Source: Fistulifera solaris
Taxonomy: Eukaryota
NCBI GenBank assembly: GCA_030295235.1
Contig: AP026158.1
Coordinates: 62,001 to 126,000 of the forward strand
Length of the DNA stretch: 64,000 nucleotides
Direction of reading: 5' to 3'
The translations under genes and the position numbers were made by a program. How positions within the stretch are numbered: position 1 is the first letter of the stretch; the number at the start of each line of letters is the position of its first letter. Below are positions 1 through 12,278 of the stretch, piece by piece. The notes beneath the pieces were generated by a model that was given only the letters and a program-made list of their open reading frames with translations, was not told where the DNA came from and searched no databases.

Positions 1-185
1 GAACAGAATTGGGTTTGCTTGCAATCAAATCTACATTGAACTTTAAACAGTTTGTTTCGTCAAGACGACTGTCTTCCACAATTTAGTGAACTGGGCTGCA
101 ACATTCTCAACAGCTTGTCTACATTGTAGTCTAGCAACAATATAGACTAGCTCGTCACTATTATTTTAGGACAATCACTTTTGTA

Positions 186-1763
186 TTAGTGCGACAACAA
201 AGTCAACGTCCTGGATGAATACACAACAAAGGCCGTAGAGAGAATTAACACGAATGTGATCATTTCAAACAAGGCGCGAGCATCCTTCCCGTGCAAAATG
301 TATCCCGACAGGAGAGGGAAGATGATGCGCGCCAATGATCCTGCGGAAGCGAACCAGCCCTGTAGTGTTCCCTGAGGTCGTCGTCCTATCACTGGCGTAG
401 AAGGAAGCAGAATACTGATGAGACATTTTCGTTTTCGACGCCTCGTTTTTCGTTCCTTCTTGGTCTTACCTTTGGAAAATAGACCAATCACAGCCGTATG
501 CCCGATGGGATATCCTATCGAGTACATGAGAAAGATCGAAACGCAATACTTCCAGGATGAATTTGCTGCGTCGTCACTGTACACAACATAATCATCATAC
601 AGGGATTGCTCGGGTTCGTTCAACGTCATGAACAAAGCCGAGCTCAGTGACATGATTAGTATTCCTCCCGCAATCAATTGAACATCAGACAACAGCTGAG
701 ACAGATATCCCATACTCAACAAACTGGCGACACCACAAGCACCGCAAATTCCCACCCAAAGACCAGCACGGGTGGAGAGCAAACCGAAATGCGATTCGGC
801 GATTTTGATGCCCAGTGTTTCAAACGCAGCAATGGATCCCTTGGTACTGATATTCAGTAGCATACACCCCAGTATACAACAATCGTAGATCGATAAGCCA
901 ATGACCGGGACAATTTCATTCGCGACACGCTCGATTTCTTGTCGTCGTTCCGATTTCTTCTTGGGGGGAACATCAACTTCGGATTCTGGCATCTGGTCCA
1001 TGCGCACTCGTCCTTGAAAGAATGTCAGTAGAATGGCAATGGTTCCCAGAACAATAAATCCCATAAACAACGCCGGAGCGGTAAACATATTGAGAAAGCC
1101 CGTGGCATCACGGAAAATGTAGTTGAAAAAGGCACCGGCAATCGGTGTGACGGTGAAACCAGCGTATTGCATGGCCGTCAGCCAAGCCATGTAAGTCGTA
1201 CGGTCGCGTTGGGGAGTAATTTCGGCAACAAAGGCACGGGACACCCCCAACGTACCAGAACCGACTCCCAAAACCGTTTGTGCGGCCAGCAAGCATTCGG
1301 GTCGTCCTACCAAATATGTGACTGCGTAGAGCAAAGTCCCCAGAAACAAAAGAGAACAAGAGATCAGAAGCGTTTTCGTATAGCCGATTGTATGCGACCA
1401 GCTACCAAAAACTGGATTGACCAATATCCTTCCAAAGGAAAAAGCGGCAACGGCATATCCCAAGGTTACCGCCGAACCTCCCAAATGTTCGACAAACAAC
1501 CAGAGCGATGGAAAAAAGACACCGCGTGTCATATCACCGAGAAATATAACTAAGCAAATGCAAGCAAATCCGGTAGGATCGTATATACCTTCTGCCGATA
1601 GCACAGAAGAGGCAATGCTCGGCGCCAAACTAAAGTCATCGTGATTGTCTTCTAGTGAATCATTCTCCATATTTCGGTAGCCTGTCTCGACGTTTTCAGA
1701 TTTCTTTCGATCATGATTGTTTATCGAGTGCAGATTTGAGCTATTGTTGTTGAGTGTTGTCAT
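186..1763 (-). CDS. Major facilitator superfamily transporter (MFSD8-like), one in-frame intron 392-469
   Basis: About 12 hydrophobic helices, AFSFGRILVNPVFG and QGTLQGWFASAGSLARI motifs. The basic stretch GKTKKERKT..STP is a 78-bp GT..AG intron; splicing gives FSK-VIGRRPQG. Confidence 0.85.
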   Translation of the reverse strand: MTTLNNNSSNLHSINNHDRKKSENVETGYRNMENDSLEDNHDDFSLAPSIASSVLSAEGIYDPTGFACICLVIFLGDMTRGVFFPSLWLFVEHLGGSAVTLGYAVAAFSFGRILVNPVFGSWSHTIGYTKTLLISCSLLFLGTLLYAVTYLVGRPECLLAAQTVLGVGSGTLGVSRAFVAEITPQRDRTTYMAWLTAMQYAGFTVTPIAGAFFNYIFRDATGFLNMFTAPALFMGFIVLGTIAILLTFFQGRVRMDQMPESEVDVPPKKKSERRQEIERVANEIVPVIGLSIYDCCILGCMLLNISTKGSIAAFETLGIKIAESHFGLLSTRAGLWVGICGACGVASLLSMGYLSQLLSDVQLIAGGILIMSLSSALFMTLNEPEQSLYDDYVVYSDDAANSSWKYCVSIFLMYSIGYPIGHTAVIGLFSKGKTKKERKTRRRKRKCLISILLPSTPVIGRRPQGTLQGWFASAGSLARIIFPLLSGYILHGKDARALFEMITFVLILSTAFVVYSSRTLTLLSH

Positions 1764-2838
1764 GGTCGTCTCCCCATTTTTTTATGAGAAACGTCAGATC
1801 ACGGAATATATTTAACGACAGCTTGAATGTTAGAAGGTGGGCTGACTTTTTTCCCTCCAACAGTGTGAGTTTTCAGTAAGTAGTAAGTCACTAGTCCATT
1901 TAGTCCCTAGCTACTGGAAGCCCCTTTCCAACGTCCAACTCACACTCACAATCATAAAAATTAATCATACGTTCATGGTAGTACCCTGGTACATGTATTG
2001 GAAGTTGTCAAACCTATCAAACCGGGTCCTCTTACGGAGTACTTGTTTGCGTCTAGCATCGCGTGAGGATCAATCAGGTCCCAATTTCCAGCCACCACCA
2101 TGAACATGTGAACGACTGAGACTCGAGTAGAGGGTTCATAAAATGCATTTTCAAACAAATAAAACGATAAAATCATGCAAAAGGGGGGAAGAGGGTTTGG
2201 ACCTTCATTTTGCGCTAGCACTAGCACACCATTGGAGTAATTTTAGTGTTGCGTGTTGGGTTTGATTTGGTATGACATCGCGTGGAAAAAGTATGTTCAA
2301 ATGGGTCCTGCGTCATGCGTCGGCTGAGTACTACGTAGAAGTGGTACAAAAAGCTGGGCTTAAACAAGCATGGAAAGATTTATCTACACTTCTTTAGAAG
2401 TCATCTTTTATCTAATCACTTATCATCCGAAACTCACAGAGAACTGTGACACCGACTGACTCGGTCGTAGCTTTTATCACCTCTTCCCAGTAAAGGTGAT
2501 AACTCATCTAATCGTGAAATAGTCACTCTAGAATTTGGTGGCCTTGGGGGATGCTGGGGAGCTGGGGAGGAAAAACTATCATTATTGCCAAGAGTTTGAG
2601 TCGTGATGAGAAATAAATTGTCCCCCGTTGGTTTCCGTAGGAGCTCATTCCCTCAAAAAAACAATCCAGCTATAAAGCAGAGTTTCCTTTACTTTGCATT
2701 TTAGCATTTTGCTTTCGAGGCTCACTGTTCGGTGTAGGAAGTTGACAACTGCGCACTGCCTCGCGTACAATTGATTGTCGGGCGTGACGGAGTGTTCGAA
2801 ATCTTCCAAAAATGATCGCTTTTCCCACCACCGCCAGT

Positions 2839-3150
2839 ATGGCTGATAACCGCATCGAAGAGATCTTACAAAAACTCGATCTGCTGCAGATAAGCCAGAA
2901 CGAGCTACGCGAGGAATTACAAGCGCAACGGGCCCGGCGAAACAAAAACGTTTTCGCCGTCAACGATCGTGTTGAAATTCTGAACCAGGTACGAAGACCG
3001 AAGCATTGGACCGGTCCCTGGACTCCTGAGATGGCTCAGCGGTCGCAGTATGCCATTGTAACCGGAGTGAACGGTGATCGGGTTTCAGTTCTCACAGACA
3101 TCGGGATACGCACCTGGCGCGTACCGCAAAATCTACGCCGAGTCCGTTAA
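2839..3150 (+). CDS. Small hypothetical protein: N-terminal coiled coil plus KOW/SH3-like beta barrel
   Basis: IEEILQKLDLLQISQNELREEL heptads, then FAVNDRVEILN...AIVTGVNGDRVSVLTDIGIRTWRVPQNLRRV. An upstream ATG at 2812 is also in frame. Confidence 0.55.
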   Translation: MADNRIEEILQKLDLLQISQNELREELQAQRARRNKNVFAVNDRVEILNQVRRPKHWTGPWTPEMAQRSQYAIVTGVNGDRVSVLTDIGIRTWRVPQNLRRVR

Positions 3151-3206
3151 CGTTGATTGGAGGAGTTGTTCTCCCCATCAATGAACCACCCTACACTCAC
3201 ATCCAC

Positions 3207-3303
3207 AGAAAGTAACTTAGCAAATATGCAAAGCAAATTTGGTATGATCGTACGTATATTCTTTTTGACGATAGTAGCACTGAAGAAGCAATCCTGGGCT
3301 CCA
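3207..3303 (-). pseudogene. Degenerate duplicated fragment of the MFS gene 5' part (copy of about 1540-1627)
   Basis: taacttagcaaatatgcaaagcaaatttggtatgatcg..agcactgaagaagcaatcctgggctcca aligns to taactaagcaaatgcaagcaaatccggtaggatcg..agcacagaagaggcaatgctcggcgcca with small insertions. Confidence 0.7.
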
Positions 3304-3548
3304 TTTTACTCTGTTCACCTATTCTAAACGTCAAAAGTATTACCTATATGGTAGTAAGGCCTTTGTTTGGTGCTCGATGTTAAAAGCCGGAGAGAGTTAG
3401 CTCCCTAGAGGGCTTGGCCTCATTTGTTATAGCATCTCAAGTATCAAGAAATATAAATTAAATAAACACACATATACTATACAATATCAGCACCCATGTT
3501 GGCCAATTTGCGCAGTGACCACAAAATGTCGAGCCCGTTTCCATTTAT

Positions 3549-6017
3549 TTAGAAGTCACTGATATCATCGTCACTGTCGGGGTGCAAGCTCTCCACAATA
3601 TCCGTATTATCATCAGTTTGTACCGATGCTTTACTCGGAGCCGGTTCGGACTCGTCCATGCTGTTCTCATCTTTGTCTCGGTACTTTCCGAACGATCCCA
3701 ATAAACCGTTCCCCGATCCAATCAGCTTCTTGGGCGATCGCCGGGGCGGACTGCCAACTGGGGTTGTGGGTCTTTTGGTAGCTGAAAATTGCACCATTGC
3801 CACACGCTGCAAGGGTGGCAAAACCGGCGATACACATATGCGTCGCACGCACGAGGGGAACAGAGAGCCAAAATGCAACGAGTTCTTACACAGCAAGCAA
3901 GCTCCGCAGTTGATAGGCAATCGGCAATTCAAACAATCGCCACATGCTACATAATCGCGCGATTCGGTTGGTAAGGGTTGTGCGGTGTACGTGGGCGCAT
4001 GTACCGCAAACTGCATGGATAGACGTTGCTTACGCGAAGAGTCGCTCCAATGCGGCCTGGCAAAGATAGTTTGAGTACGAGAACGGGAACGATGGCTCCC
4101 TCGCGATCCATCGGGGGTACCACTTGTCATGTGATGGAAACTGCTTCGAGGAGCTGAACGAGCAGCAGGAGAAGCAAGCATAGATGATGTGGCTGTATCA
4201 AAATGAGGCGATCGATTGAATTGCTTCAATGGTGATGTTCCCTGGGCCAATCTTGGCTGCTTCAAAACGGACTGGAGTGGTCGATTGAGCTGATCCGGTT
4301 CTTTGCGTTTTCGCGGCAACAAGTGCTCCGGTGGCGAATATAGTTGTGGCAATGTGTCGTCCTTCGAAGAATCCCAGTTGAGTTCTGATCGTGGAGAAAG
4401 ACGACTACTTGTTTTTGAACTTTGTTGCCTAGAAGAATCGGACCGTGCGGGAGAATACAGACTATCCGTGGGTACTATCTTTCGTTGAAGCTTCTTTTCG
4501 GGGGTGTTTCCACGATCAATCCCTACAATTTGGGAGCGATGGTGATCCTTCGACTTCCCGGGGGAGTTTTGGAGGTATTCCTTTGCCTTGCTGGGGGCGT
4601 TTTGCGGAGAATTTTGCAGTATCCCTTCCGTAATATTCCTGTTACGTTGAATCTCCGTCTGTTTCAATTCGCGGTTGCCTGATTTCGACTTGCTTGGAGA
4701 GTTCTGACCGGTTCTTTGGTGCGTTTCGTCTGCGGTACTGTGGCTCCTATGGAACTCCGAGTGTTTGACTACACAGTTTGTTGCTTTTGGTGGAGACACT
4801 GGTTCTTTTGCTGTATTCTTTTGGACCTTCGCAGACGGTCTAGCACTATCCTTTGCTATCGCTTGTCTTTGTTTGAGCCTCTCTGTAGGTGCTGTTTTCT
4901 TTTTAGATTTCGCGGCTACTATCGAGCGGCGTTGCTTGTCTGCAACGTCTACTTTTGAAACCCACGCACCACCCTGTTCATCCCAATCAAATCCTAGTGG
5001 CGCTTTGCCCCGTGGCCGGTTGAAGGTCCCATCTTGTTTTTGTACTAAAGGCTGTTTGGATTCGCGAATCACCACGGAAGAAGTGTCATCCACGCGAAAC
5101 TTCTTCTTGGCCACTAATTTCCGTTCGGTCGACGATTTTCGCTTTCGTGTCTTGTTGGATATTTCCGCCAACATTCCTCCCGATTCATTTTGCAGTGCCA
5201 CGCGATTGTTGGAATCCGAAGCTCTCCGTTTCTCGGTCTTAGGTGGAGACATTGTTTTTCGCGGTACACCCCACATGGTGGCGAGTGCATCACCTTTAGA
5301 GGTCAGCAACAGCTTGGGAATGGGACTGGTTGCTGATTTCGGACGACTCGTCGTCGTCGTCGTCGTCATCGTGTGGCGTGGTGGTGTGGCCTCGAGGGCC
5401 AGAAATCCCCCCAAATTCTCTTCCAACGTCGTTTCCAGCCGTTTCGGACTCGGCATTTGGACACGAACAGTGGTCGAAGATGATGCTGTGACTATTTTCG
5501 TGGCGCGGTGTTGTTGTTTGGGATCAATGAGAGGACTGTGTGCTGCTGGTTGAGCATCTTTGTGTTTCTGCTTTCCAGCGGAACGTGTTTGCCGTTTTGA
5601 AACGGTTTCGTTGCTACTATGTTTTGTTGCCTTTTCTTTCAATTTCTGTCGACTTTTTCCCTTTGCTTGTTTCGTCTCTTTTGTTGTTGATCTGTTGTTG
5701 CGATTCGGTGATTCATTTTTTGCAGACAAGAAGGATTCAACTGCGGTTGATTTGTTTTGATTAGCCTTTGTCTTTGATTTCATTTTCTTCGGTGATGTAT
5801 CCGTCCATTCCCCGTAAATGGGATCCCAGGACTTTCCTGTGGGAGCACGACCCCGTGGTTTGGGATGAAACTGGATCGATTCTTCCAATAATCGCTTTGT
5901 GTGCGGAGAACGTTGACGGAGAATGCGTTTTTCCTTGGCGACGCGCGTTAATTCCAAATGAACCGACGCCCACGCTTTGCGGACGTGCGGTTCGTACTGC
6001 GCGAACCGTTCGTCCAT
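3549..6017 (-). CDS. Basic low-complexity protein with two PRG(R/K)APxGxxWDxxxGxW motifs and a C-terminal CXXC-type zinc finger
   Basis: Long ORF; likely start ATG at 6017 (MDERFAQ). CGDCLNC-x5-CGACLLC...CVRRIC has zf-CXXC-like spacing. Confidence 0.7.
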   Translation of the reverse strand: MDERFAQYEPHVRKAWASVHLELTRVAKEKRILRQRSPHTKRLLEESIQFHPKPRGRAPTGKSWDPIYGEWTDTSPKKMKSKTKANQNKSTAVESFLSAKNESPNRNNRSTTKETKQAKGKSRQKLKEKATKHSSNETVSKRQTRSAGKQKHKDAQPAAHSPLIDPKQQHRATKIVTASSSTTVRVQMPSPKRLETTLEENLGGFLALEATPPRHTMTTTTTTSRPKSATSPIPKLLLTSKGDALATMWGVPRKTMSPPKTEKRRASDSNNRVALQNESGGMLAEISNKTRKRKSSTERKLVAKKKFRVDDTSSVVIRESKQPLVQKQDGTFNRPRGKAPLGFDWDEQGGAWVSKVDVADKQRRSIVAAKSKKKTAPTERLKQRQAIAKDSARPSAKVQKNTAKEPVSPPKATNCVVKHSEFHRSHSTADETHQRTGQNSPSKSKSGNRELKQTEIQRNRNITEGILQNSPQNAPSKAKEYLQNSPGKSKDHHRSQIVGIDRGNTPEKKLQRKIVPTDSLYSPARSDSSRQQSSKTSSRLSPRSELNWDSSKDDTLPQLYSPPEHLLPRKRKEPDQLNRPLQSVLKQPRLAQGTSPLKQFNRSPHFDTATSSMLASPAARSAPRSSFHHMTSGTPDGSRGSHRSRSRTQTIFARPHWSDSSRKQRLSMQFAVHAPTYTAQPLPTESRDYVACGDCLNCRLPINCGACLLCKNSLHFGSLFPSCVRRICVSPVLPPLQRVAMVQFSATKRPTTPVGSPPRRSPKKLIGSGNGLLGSFGKYRDKDENSMDESEPAPSKASVQTDDNTDIVESLHPDSDDDISDF

Positions 6018-6496
6018 GACAATTTGAATTGAATTGAATGAAAAGGAGAATACTGCAAGCAAGCGAAAAGTTATTACAACAATAATATAAAGGCCAAGGA
6101 TAACAATTTGTTTGAGCCGCAATAAACGCGAGGGGCTGCGTGCTGCGTGGCGGCTGCAAACGACAATTTCCGGGACTGAGTTGATCCTGATAAGTCACTA
6201 TCACGGTCACTTCTACTTTCTACCAGTAGCCTAAAATAATAAAGAGACCTCTAAAAATAATAATGTCGACAAGATCCGGGTTTGCCTTTGTCAATCGGTT
6301 TCCGTACGCGACGCTGCTTGATGACTGCATCATTTCTATATATTTTTTTATTTTTATATCATTCCACTTTCTATCACGTATTGGTGTCGCGACAAGTTTA
6401 TTGGTGTAAGTGTAAAGGTAGCTACGTTGGTGAAAGCGAAGATAAAAACATTTGTGGCAAAGAGACTTAAGAATTGATGAGAGAGCATCATTTCAA

Positions 6497-8898
6497 ATGT
6501 CCTTAAAGGTTACGAGCTACCAGTACGACTACGAGGCCCTAACGACTAACGATTTCTGTAGGATCAAATACGCCCTATCCAGAATTTCTGGGACGTTCAC
6601 AGAGTCCTCCAGATTTTCCGAGGACGTAAAAAACACCCCCTGCCAAAATTTTGCGGTTTTCGTTCCACCGAGATTTTTCTCATTGTTCTCATACTTGCTC
6701 TGATAAATTCATTCATTTTCCAAGTATCCCATGTATCATGTAGGAATTGATTTGACACAAGAACGACTCGAGGAATGGTGGGGACTGGCGAGCGATCGAG
6801 AACGCTTTGTTTGGGCATTGCAAACAGAAACACGTGTCCGAGCCGCTAAAGTGCAACGCAACAATTGTAACAGATCATTTACGTTGCAAACGAATTACTT
6901 GTTTGACTTGTATGTAACACCTTCAACTAATTATGAGCTGACACATTATGACGCTTCACAAATTTCCAAACGCGACGTCGATTTGTATCAACGAAAAGTC
7001 AATTCATCTGTCCTGCCAACAATGCACGGAAGAGAACCGAATGGAGAATTCGATGCCTTGACGTATCCGCTCGATCTGAAACCTGCGCGATGTAGTCGAG
7101 AACATCTTTGCCGCCAAATCTTCTCTTTTTTGAAATGATGTTGGAAGCCTATTGTGGATATCCCCTACACAGCTACTTTCATCACACGGATCCTTGTATG
7201 CCCCGATCGGCCATTATGGGAGGTGCGATTGTCGCTGTATTCGTCTCATGGAACGACGTACGACACATGAAGGAATGGCGAGAATTGGAGTACTGGTTGA
7301 GATCTCCGAGTGAAACGAATGAACTTTCTCCGACACCCCTACCTTACGATTCTTACGATTCGATTGTTGAACGATTACAAAGAAAGTTGCAAGACTATTT
7401 CTACGGATCATCCTCCTTGTTTGCTGCAGGAGATGTGGACATCTTTTACAACCGTCGCCGCTCACGAGATCCTTGACCGATTATTTGGCGCAACACGGAC
7501 TGGAAGGAGGTCTTTGGAAGCACGTTGCCGAGTATTTGGGAGGTTTTGCATTGTGTGAAGGAGATGTGCGTCGCTTTTCGACTGCCTTGTGTGAAAATAT
7601 GATTGTACCGGCGTTCGAAGGTATCGGTCCGCTCATATACTCGGCAACGCAGCGAGGATTATCTTTTGCTTTAGCAACCCAGGACGAGGAGCAGAGATGG
7701 CTCGGTCGAGAACGATGGCCGCGTAACACACAATTGATTATGTTGAATGAACAAGCGGATCTGCTTGGGGCTTTATTCGACTTTGATATTAGTGTGGTGG
7801 CATTTGCGTACGATGGGAATCAAGTTCGGGCGGCACCGCGAGCTGTTTTGTCGCTTTTAACGAATGTGCAGGTTGTAACTCCCTTTGTATTGGCCGAAAA
7901 GCGCAATCGACAGCGCATTGTCAAGGTAAAGTCGTGTGCATTGGTGATTGATTGAGTCGCGGCACGTCGGGTCGTTCTTACCATTTCATTAACGTTCTTT
8001 AATGGAAGTACTGTCAACGAGGGTTTCGACCATACATGATAGATCCATTTTGCAATCATCCTCGGCAATGCCGGCATGACTGCTGTGATCTGGTCAAACG
8101 AGAAAGTCCGGTGCGTAGAGGACACAGTTACTTTCCAACTGAGGCGTGGCACAGCAGACGTTTGAATCCCCACAATATTCGTGGCACTTTGGAAGAGTAC
8201 GCTGATCAGAGAAAACCTATTTGCAAGTGCGACTACAATATAAAACATGTTTTAGAAGCCTTTAGATGGTCGACGGAGAGCAAAGTTTATAAATATACAT
8301 TTGGCGTTGTTGCCAAAACCGAGGATGATTTGTTCCAGTTTCTCGCGGTGAGGAATCAATGGAGTTTGGAACATCAAAAAATGTTCGCTCCATTCACCCG
8401 ATGGCGCGAATGATCTGTCGCCATTGCAGAGATGCCTACATGCTTCATCTAGTGCTCCCAGTATGCCCGCCCGACTTTGCCGACTCGATGGATGAATTGC
8501 TACATGGGGAGATGTGTTACGTGCGTGGTGGCTTTTATGCCGGTGGTGCATTTAATAGCACAGCAGTACGTTCTAAAGCTCGCACGGCCAGCGCCTACTT
8601 GAGTCTTCTAAAAGTTCAGGCAATGGCAGAAAAGGCTAAATATTGGATTCGGTTCGGGTCCTGTGATGGCTACAAGGAACGCTTTGCGTTTGCTGTCGAT
8701 TTGAAAGAGTTACTCGACGAGGCATCGAAAGTCATTTTTGCGGAACCCCATCGGCGTCCCTTGGGTTTGAACCCAGAAAGATTTATGGAGGAGTGTGAAA
8801 AATGCCAAAAACAGATGCCGGAACGAGAATATGGAACACGGGTGTGTGAAGAATGCAAAGACCGATTGCGATTCATGCAGGAACACAAGACGATGTAA
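6497..8898 (+). CDS. Putative nucleotidyltransferase-fold protein with Cys pairs; intron 7926-8008, about 3 homopolymer frameshifts, 5' structure uncertain
   Basis: Joined ORFs give IMGGAIVA...GDVDIF...FDFDISVVAFAYDG..V..APRA...RIVK/YCQRGF, with C-terminal CRHC, CEKC and CEEC. Confidence 0.6.
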
Positions 8899-8955
8899 AG
8901 GGAATCTGTAAACTAAGTTGTTGTAAATGAAAAAGTAGACTAAACGAGACAAAAG

Positions 8956-11419
8956 TTAATCGAAAACACCCTTCGCCTTCACTTGTTCAAACTCACTACT
9001 GTGCGTCTCGATGACTTGGCGGCGTTGCAACTTGTTCGCAGCAGTCAAGCAACCGTTCTCCGGGGTCCAGGGCTCATCCAGCAAAGCGACCGCGACTACT
9101 TTCTCCAGATGACTCAAATCCGATTTGGAGTGTTCCTTATGCATATCCGCCAGTACAGCATCGTGCAGCTCCTTTGTCTTCTTAATCTGCTGGAAGTCGC
9201 CAGAAATTCCATTTTCTTTGGCCCACTTCATTGTGTACGGTTCGCTTAACTGCAGCAATGCGACGGGTCGATCCATGTCACCATCACCGTAACAGCAAAT
9301 GCCGCCTGCTACAGCGTCGACGAAGCTCGAGTTTCCAAACGTCATTTCCATCTTTTCGAGGGCAACATATTCACCGCCTTTCAGTTTGACAAGATTCTTC
9401 TTACGGTCCACAATACGTAGACTGCCATCGCTCAAAAACTGACCAATGTCACCCGTATGGAACCAGCCATCTTCTTCAAAAACTTCCCTCGTCTTTTCGG
9501 GTTCCATGTAATATCCACACGAAACGGTGTTTCCGCGAATGAGAATCTCTCCACGACCGTAAACAGGGTTGCCATCCACATCGAACTTGTCTGTACAAAG
9601 ATAAGGGACACCTGCTTTGTCACCAACCTCTGGCGTCGACTCGAGTTTGATTTCCACGGCAGGAATGGCGACACCTGCCACGCCCGTGCTCATGTCGTCC
9701 ATGGCCTGGAACGTGCCTCCTGCGCATGTTTCAGTCAAACCCTGTCATAGGAATGAAGGAGAGAACAGTGTTAGTGAACACAATACGATAGCTCCGCATA
9801 ACCCATCCTCCGTTCAATTTTTCTACTTACGTATCCTTGGACCAGCGAGATGCCGAATGCCGTTCGAATAAAATTCTGCACTTCGCCATTCAATGGACCT
9901 CCACCCGAAACGGCCAAACGCAATCGTCCTCCGACAGCCTTTTTAAACTTTTTAAAGACAACTTTATCGAAAAGGGGCGCATCAAATCCATGTTTCAAAC
10001 AGAACTGTCGCCATTTGAGTCCAGTAGCAACTAATTCCTGTTTGACGGGTGATTCGGCAGCGACTTTGGTCTGAATACCTTTTTGATGACATCCCAAATC
10101 TTGGGCACTGCCACCATAATCGTCGGAGAGTAGACTTCCAGCGCTCCGATCGGATACGCTCCCGTAGTCGTAAGTGACTTGGGGTCCGCGTAACAAAGAG
10201 CACATCCTTTACTGATCATGACACATTCTGCCATAAGTTCCATAATATGAGCGAGTGGTAGATAGGCCAAATAAACTTCTTCTCCTTCGCGGATTCCGAA
10301 ACCCACATCAGCCGAAGCACATCCGGCAACAACCTGAGAATGCGTGATAATGACACCTTTGGGTTTTCCCGTGGAACCGGACTGTAAAAATTGGAAACGT
10401 GAGTCAATTCGTTTTAGCTCAACGCTGCTTGGTTCAAAATTCAACCAAGACGTACCGTATACATGACAACCGCACACGTGCTGGGTTTCGGTGGCACTGG
10501 AGGATACTTCTTGACATCCCCCGACTTTACGAACTCATCAAACGACATGACTTGGACACCATTGGGTGGCTGCGGCCACTCGATCTTGGCATCGACAGGA
10601 ACCAAATCGTTGGTGTAAACAATGTACTTCAAAGTGGGCATGTTCGCACAATTCTTCACCAATTTCGCGACCGAAGCCTTGTTGCAAACAATCACACGAA
10701 TAACATTGTCCGATATGGCTTCCATGACGGCATCAATTCCCAAGGTTGCGTAAACTGTAGTAACAGTGATGCTTTGCGTGAACGCCCCCATAGCCGCAAT
10801 CATCCAGGGTGCACACGTATTCTCAAAGATGGCGATACGACAGGGCTGTGCAATTTTGTCTAAATTGGTCGTTTCCGGTGCCGCAACACAACCCGCCGCT
10901 TTCAAAGCAGCACCGAATTGCAGTGCCTGCTGATAGACTTGCAAAAAAGTCTGCCAGGTAATGTTGGGACCGAATTCTTTGATCTTGGGAGTCTTCCATC
11001 CGATGAATTCTCGTGTCGCCATGCAAGGACGGTTTCCGTAGCGTTCCGACGCATCTTTCATAACATCGTAAAGCGTCGAAATGCCTTCGCGCGGAGTCGT
11101 AGCCAGCTGGTCGCGATAACGAACGTCGCGACGCACGTAAGGTTGCCCATCGACCGCACACGTGCGAAGAGGAGTGCCCGTAAAGTAACTTTGCAGAGCT
11201 TTGACCCAACGGAATGTGACGAGTGTAATCTAAAGTTTTATGAAGAGTGAGAAAGAGCGGCAGAAAGGGAATAAAGAGAGGGAAAACGAACTAAGCATTG
11301 CCGCAACTTGAAGAAAAGCTCCTCCTCAACGCTCCTCAACTTGCCTACAAAACGAAACGTACCGTTAAATCAATCAGAATCAAAAGAATCTTAATCGGCA
11401 AGAGAAGCAAGCCAATCAT
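8956..11419 (-). CDS. LACS: Long-chain acyl-CoA synthetase; introns 11230-11362, 10382-10455, 9742-9830; frameshift near 10080
   Basis: YT/SGSTGKPKG AMP-binding motif, YLPLAHI, QGY/GLTET, GWFHTGDIG, IVDRKKNLVKL..GEYVA. N-terminal hydrophobic anchor. Confidence 0.93.
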
Positions 11420-12278
11420 GGTTCATACAAAACAAAAGAGAAAAAGAAACAAAGTAAAAACAGAACTTCTTATTACAACCAATCCCCCACTCTTCTAGAC
11501 TCTTTTTTGTGTTGTCTTATTATTTTTTGCACTCGTATAAACGAACGCAAAGATTTGCCTCCGGAAAGTGGCATCCGGAAATCCGCGACGCAGCGACACA
11601 CACGCCCACTTTACTATCGATAACAACGAAAAACGCACGAATACCGCCACGAGTGCCGCATCGCGAATCAATCGTGGTGACCTGCGAGCAAAAAATTTAG
11701 CTTGTGGACATCCGGGTTAGAAAAGACTTGTTGGGACTAGGACCTAGAGAGAAGACTAGGACACCTCGTTCGACGTGAAAACGTCAATGTGGCTCACTGT
11801 GACAGGCAGTACTCTAACGGAACCGATGAAGTGTTATGATTGCTGACGGTATACCTGGTACCATCGTAGACCAAAATAAAATCTCGTTGAAATTTTGTCA
11901 AAGAACAGTCGCAAGTCGCAAGCGTTGTTTTGTTATGTTCAAAACAACCCGACTTCTGTCCGCCGTACGTTAACATTGGCGAAGCAAGCGTCTCTCCTTC
12001 AACCGTTTTTCTGCTGCAGGTCTGGATGACGTTTTTGTTTTTTCGTTTTTTTTTTCTCGTCGCGATCCGTTACCGTTATTCCTCTCGAATTGATACGATG
12101 ATGTCCATCGCATCGAATTTCGTTCACCTATCTTCTCTAGTACCAGGTAATGGATGTCTTTTCCTTTCGATTGGAATCATAGTCATAAAGTTTCCTTTAC
12201 TCGGAAAAGGCCGGTTGATTTTACACTTTACACGTACAGAAACTAACAAAACATATAGAATACAATTCAGAAAATCCC

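Noticed and set aside
392..469. Poly-basic NLS-like insert in the MFS protein
   Set aside because: It is a stop-free 78-bp intron read through by the ORF caller. The same applies to 13013-13093.
1862..1946. MITE or solo LTR bounded by a 10-bp inverted repeat (agtgtgagtt/aactcacact)
   Set aside because: Too short, no clear target-site duplication, no second copy, and CACTCAC-like words are low complexity.
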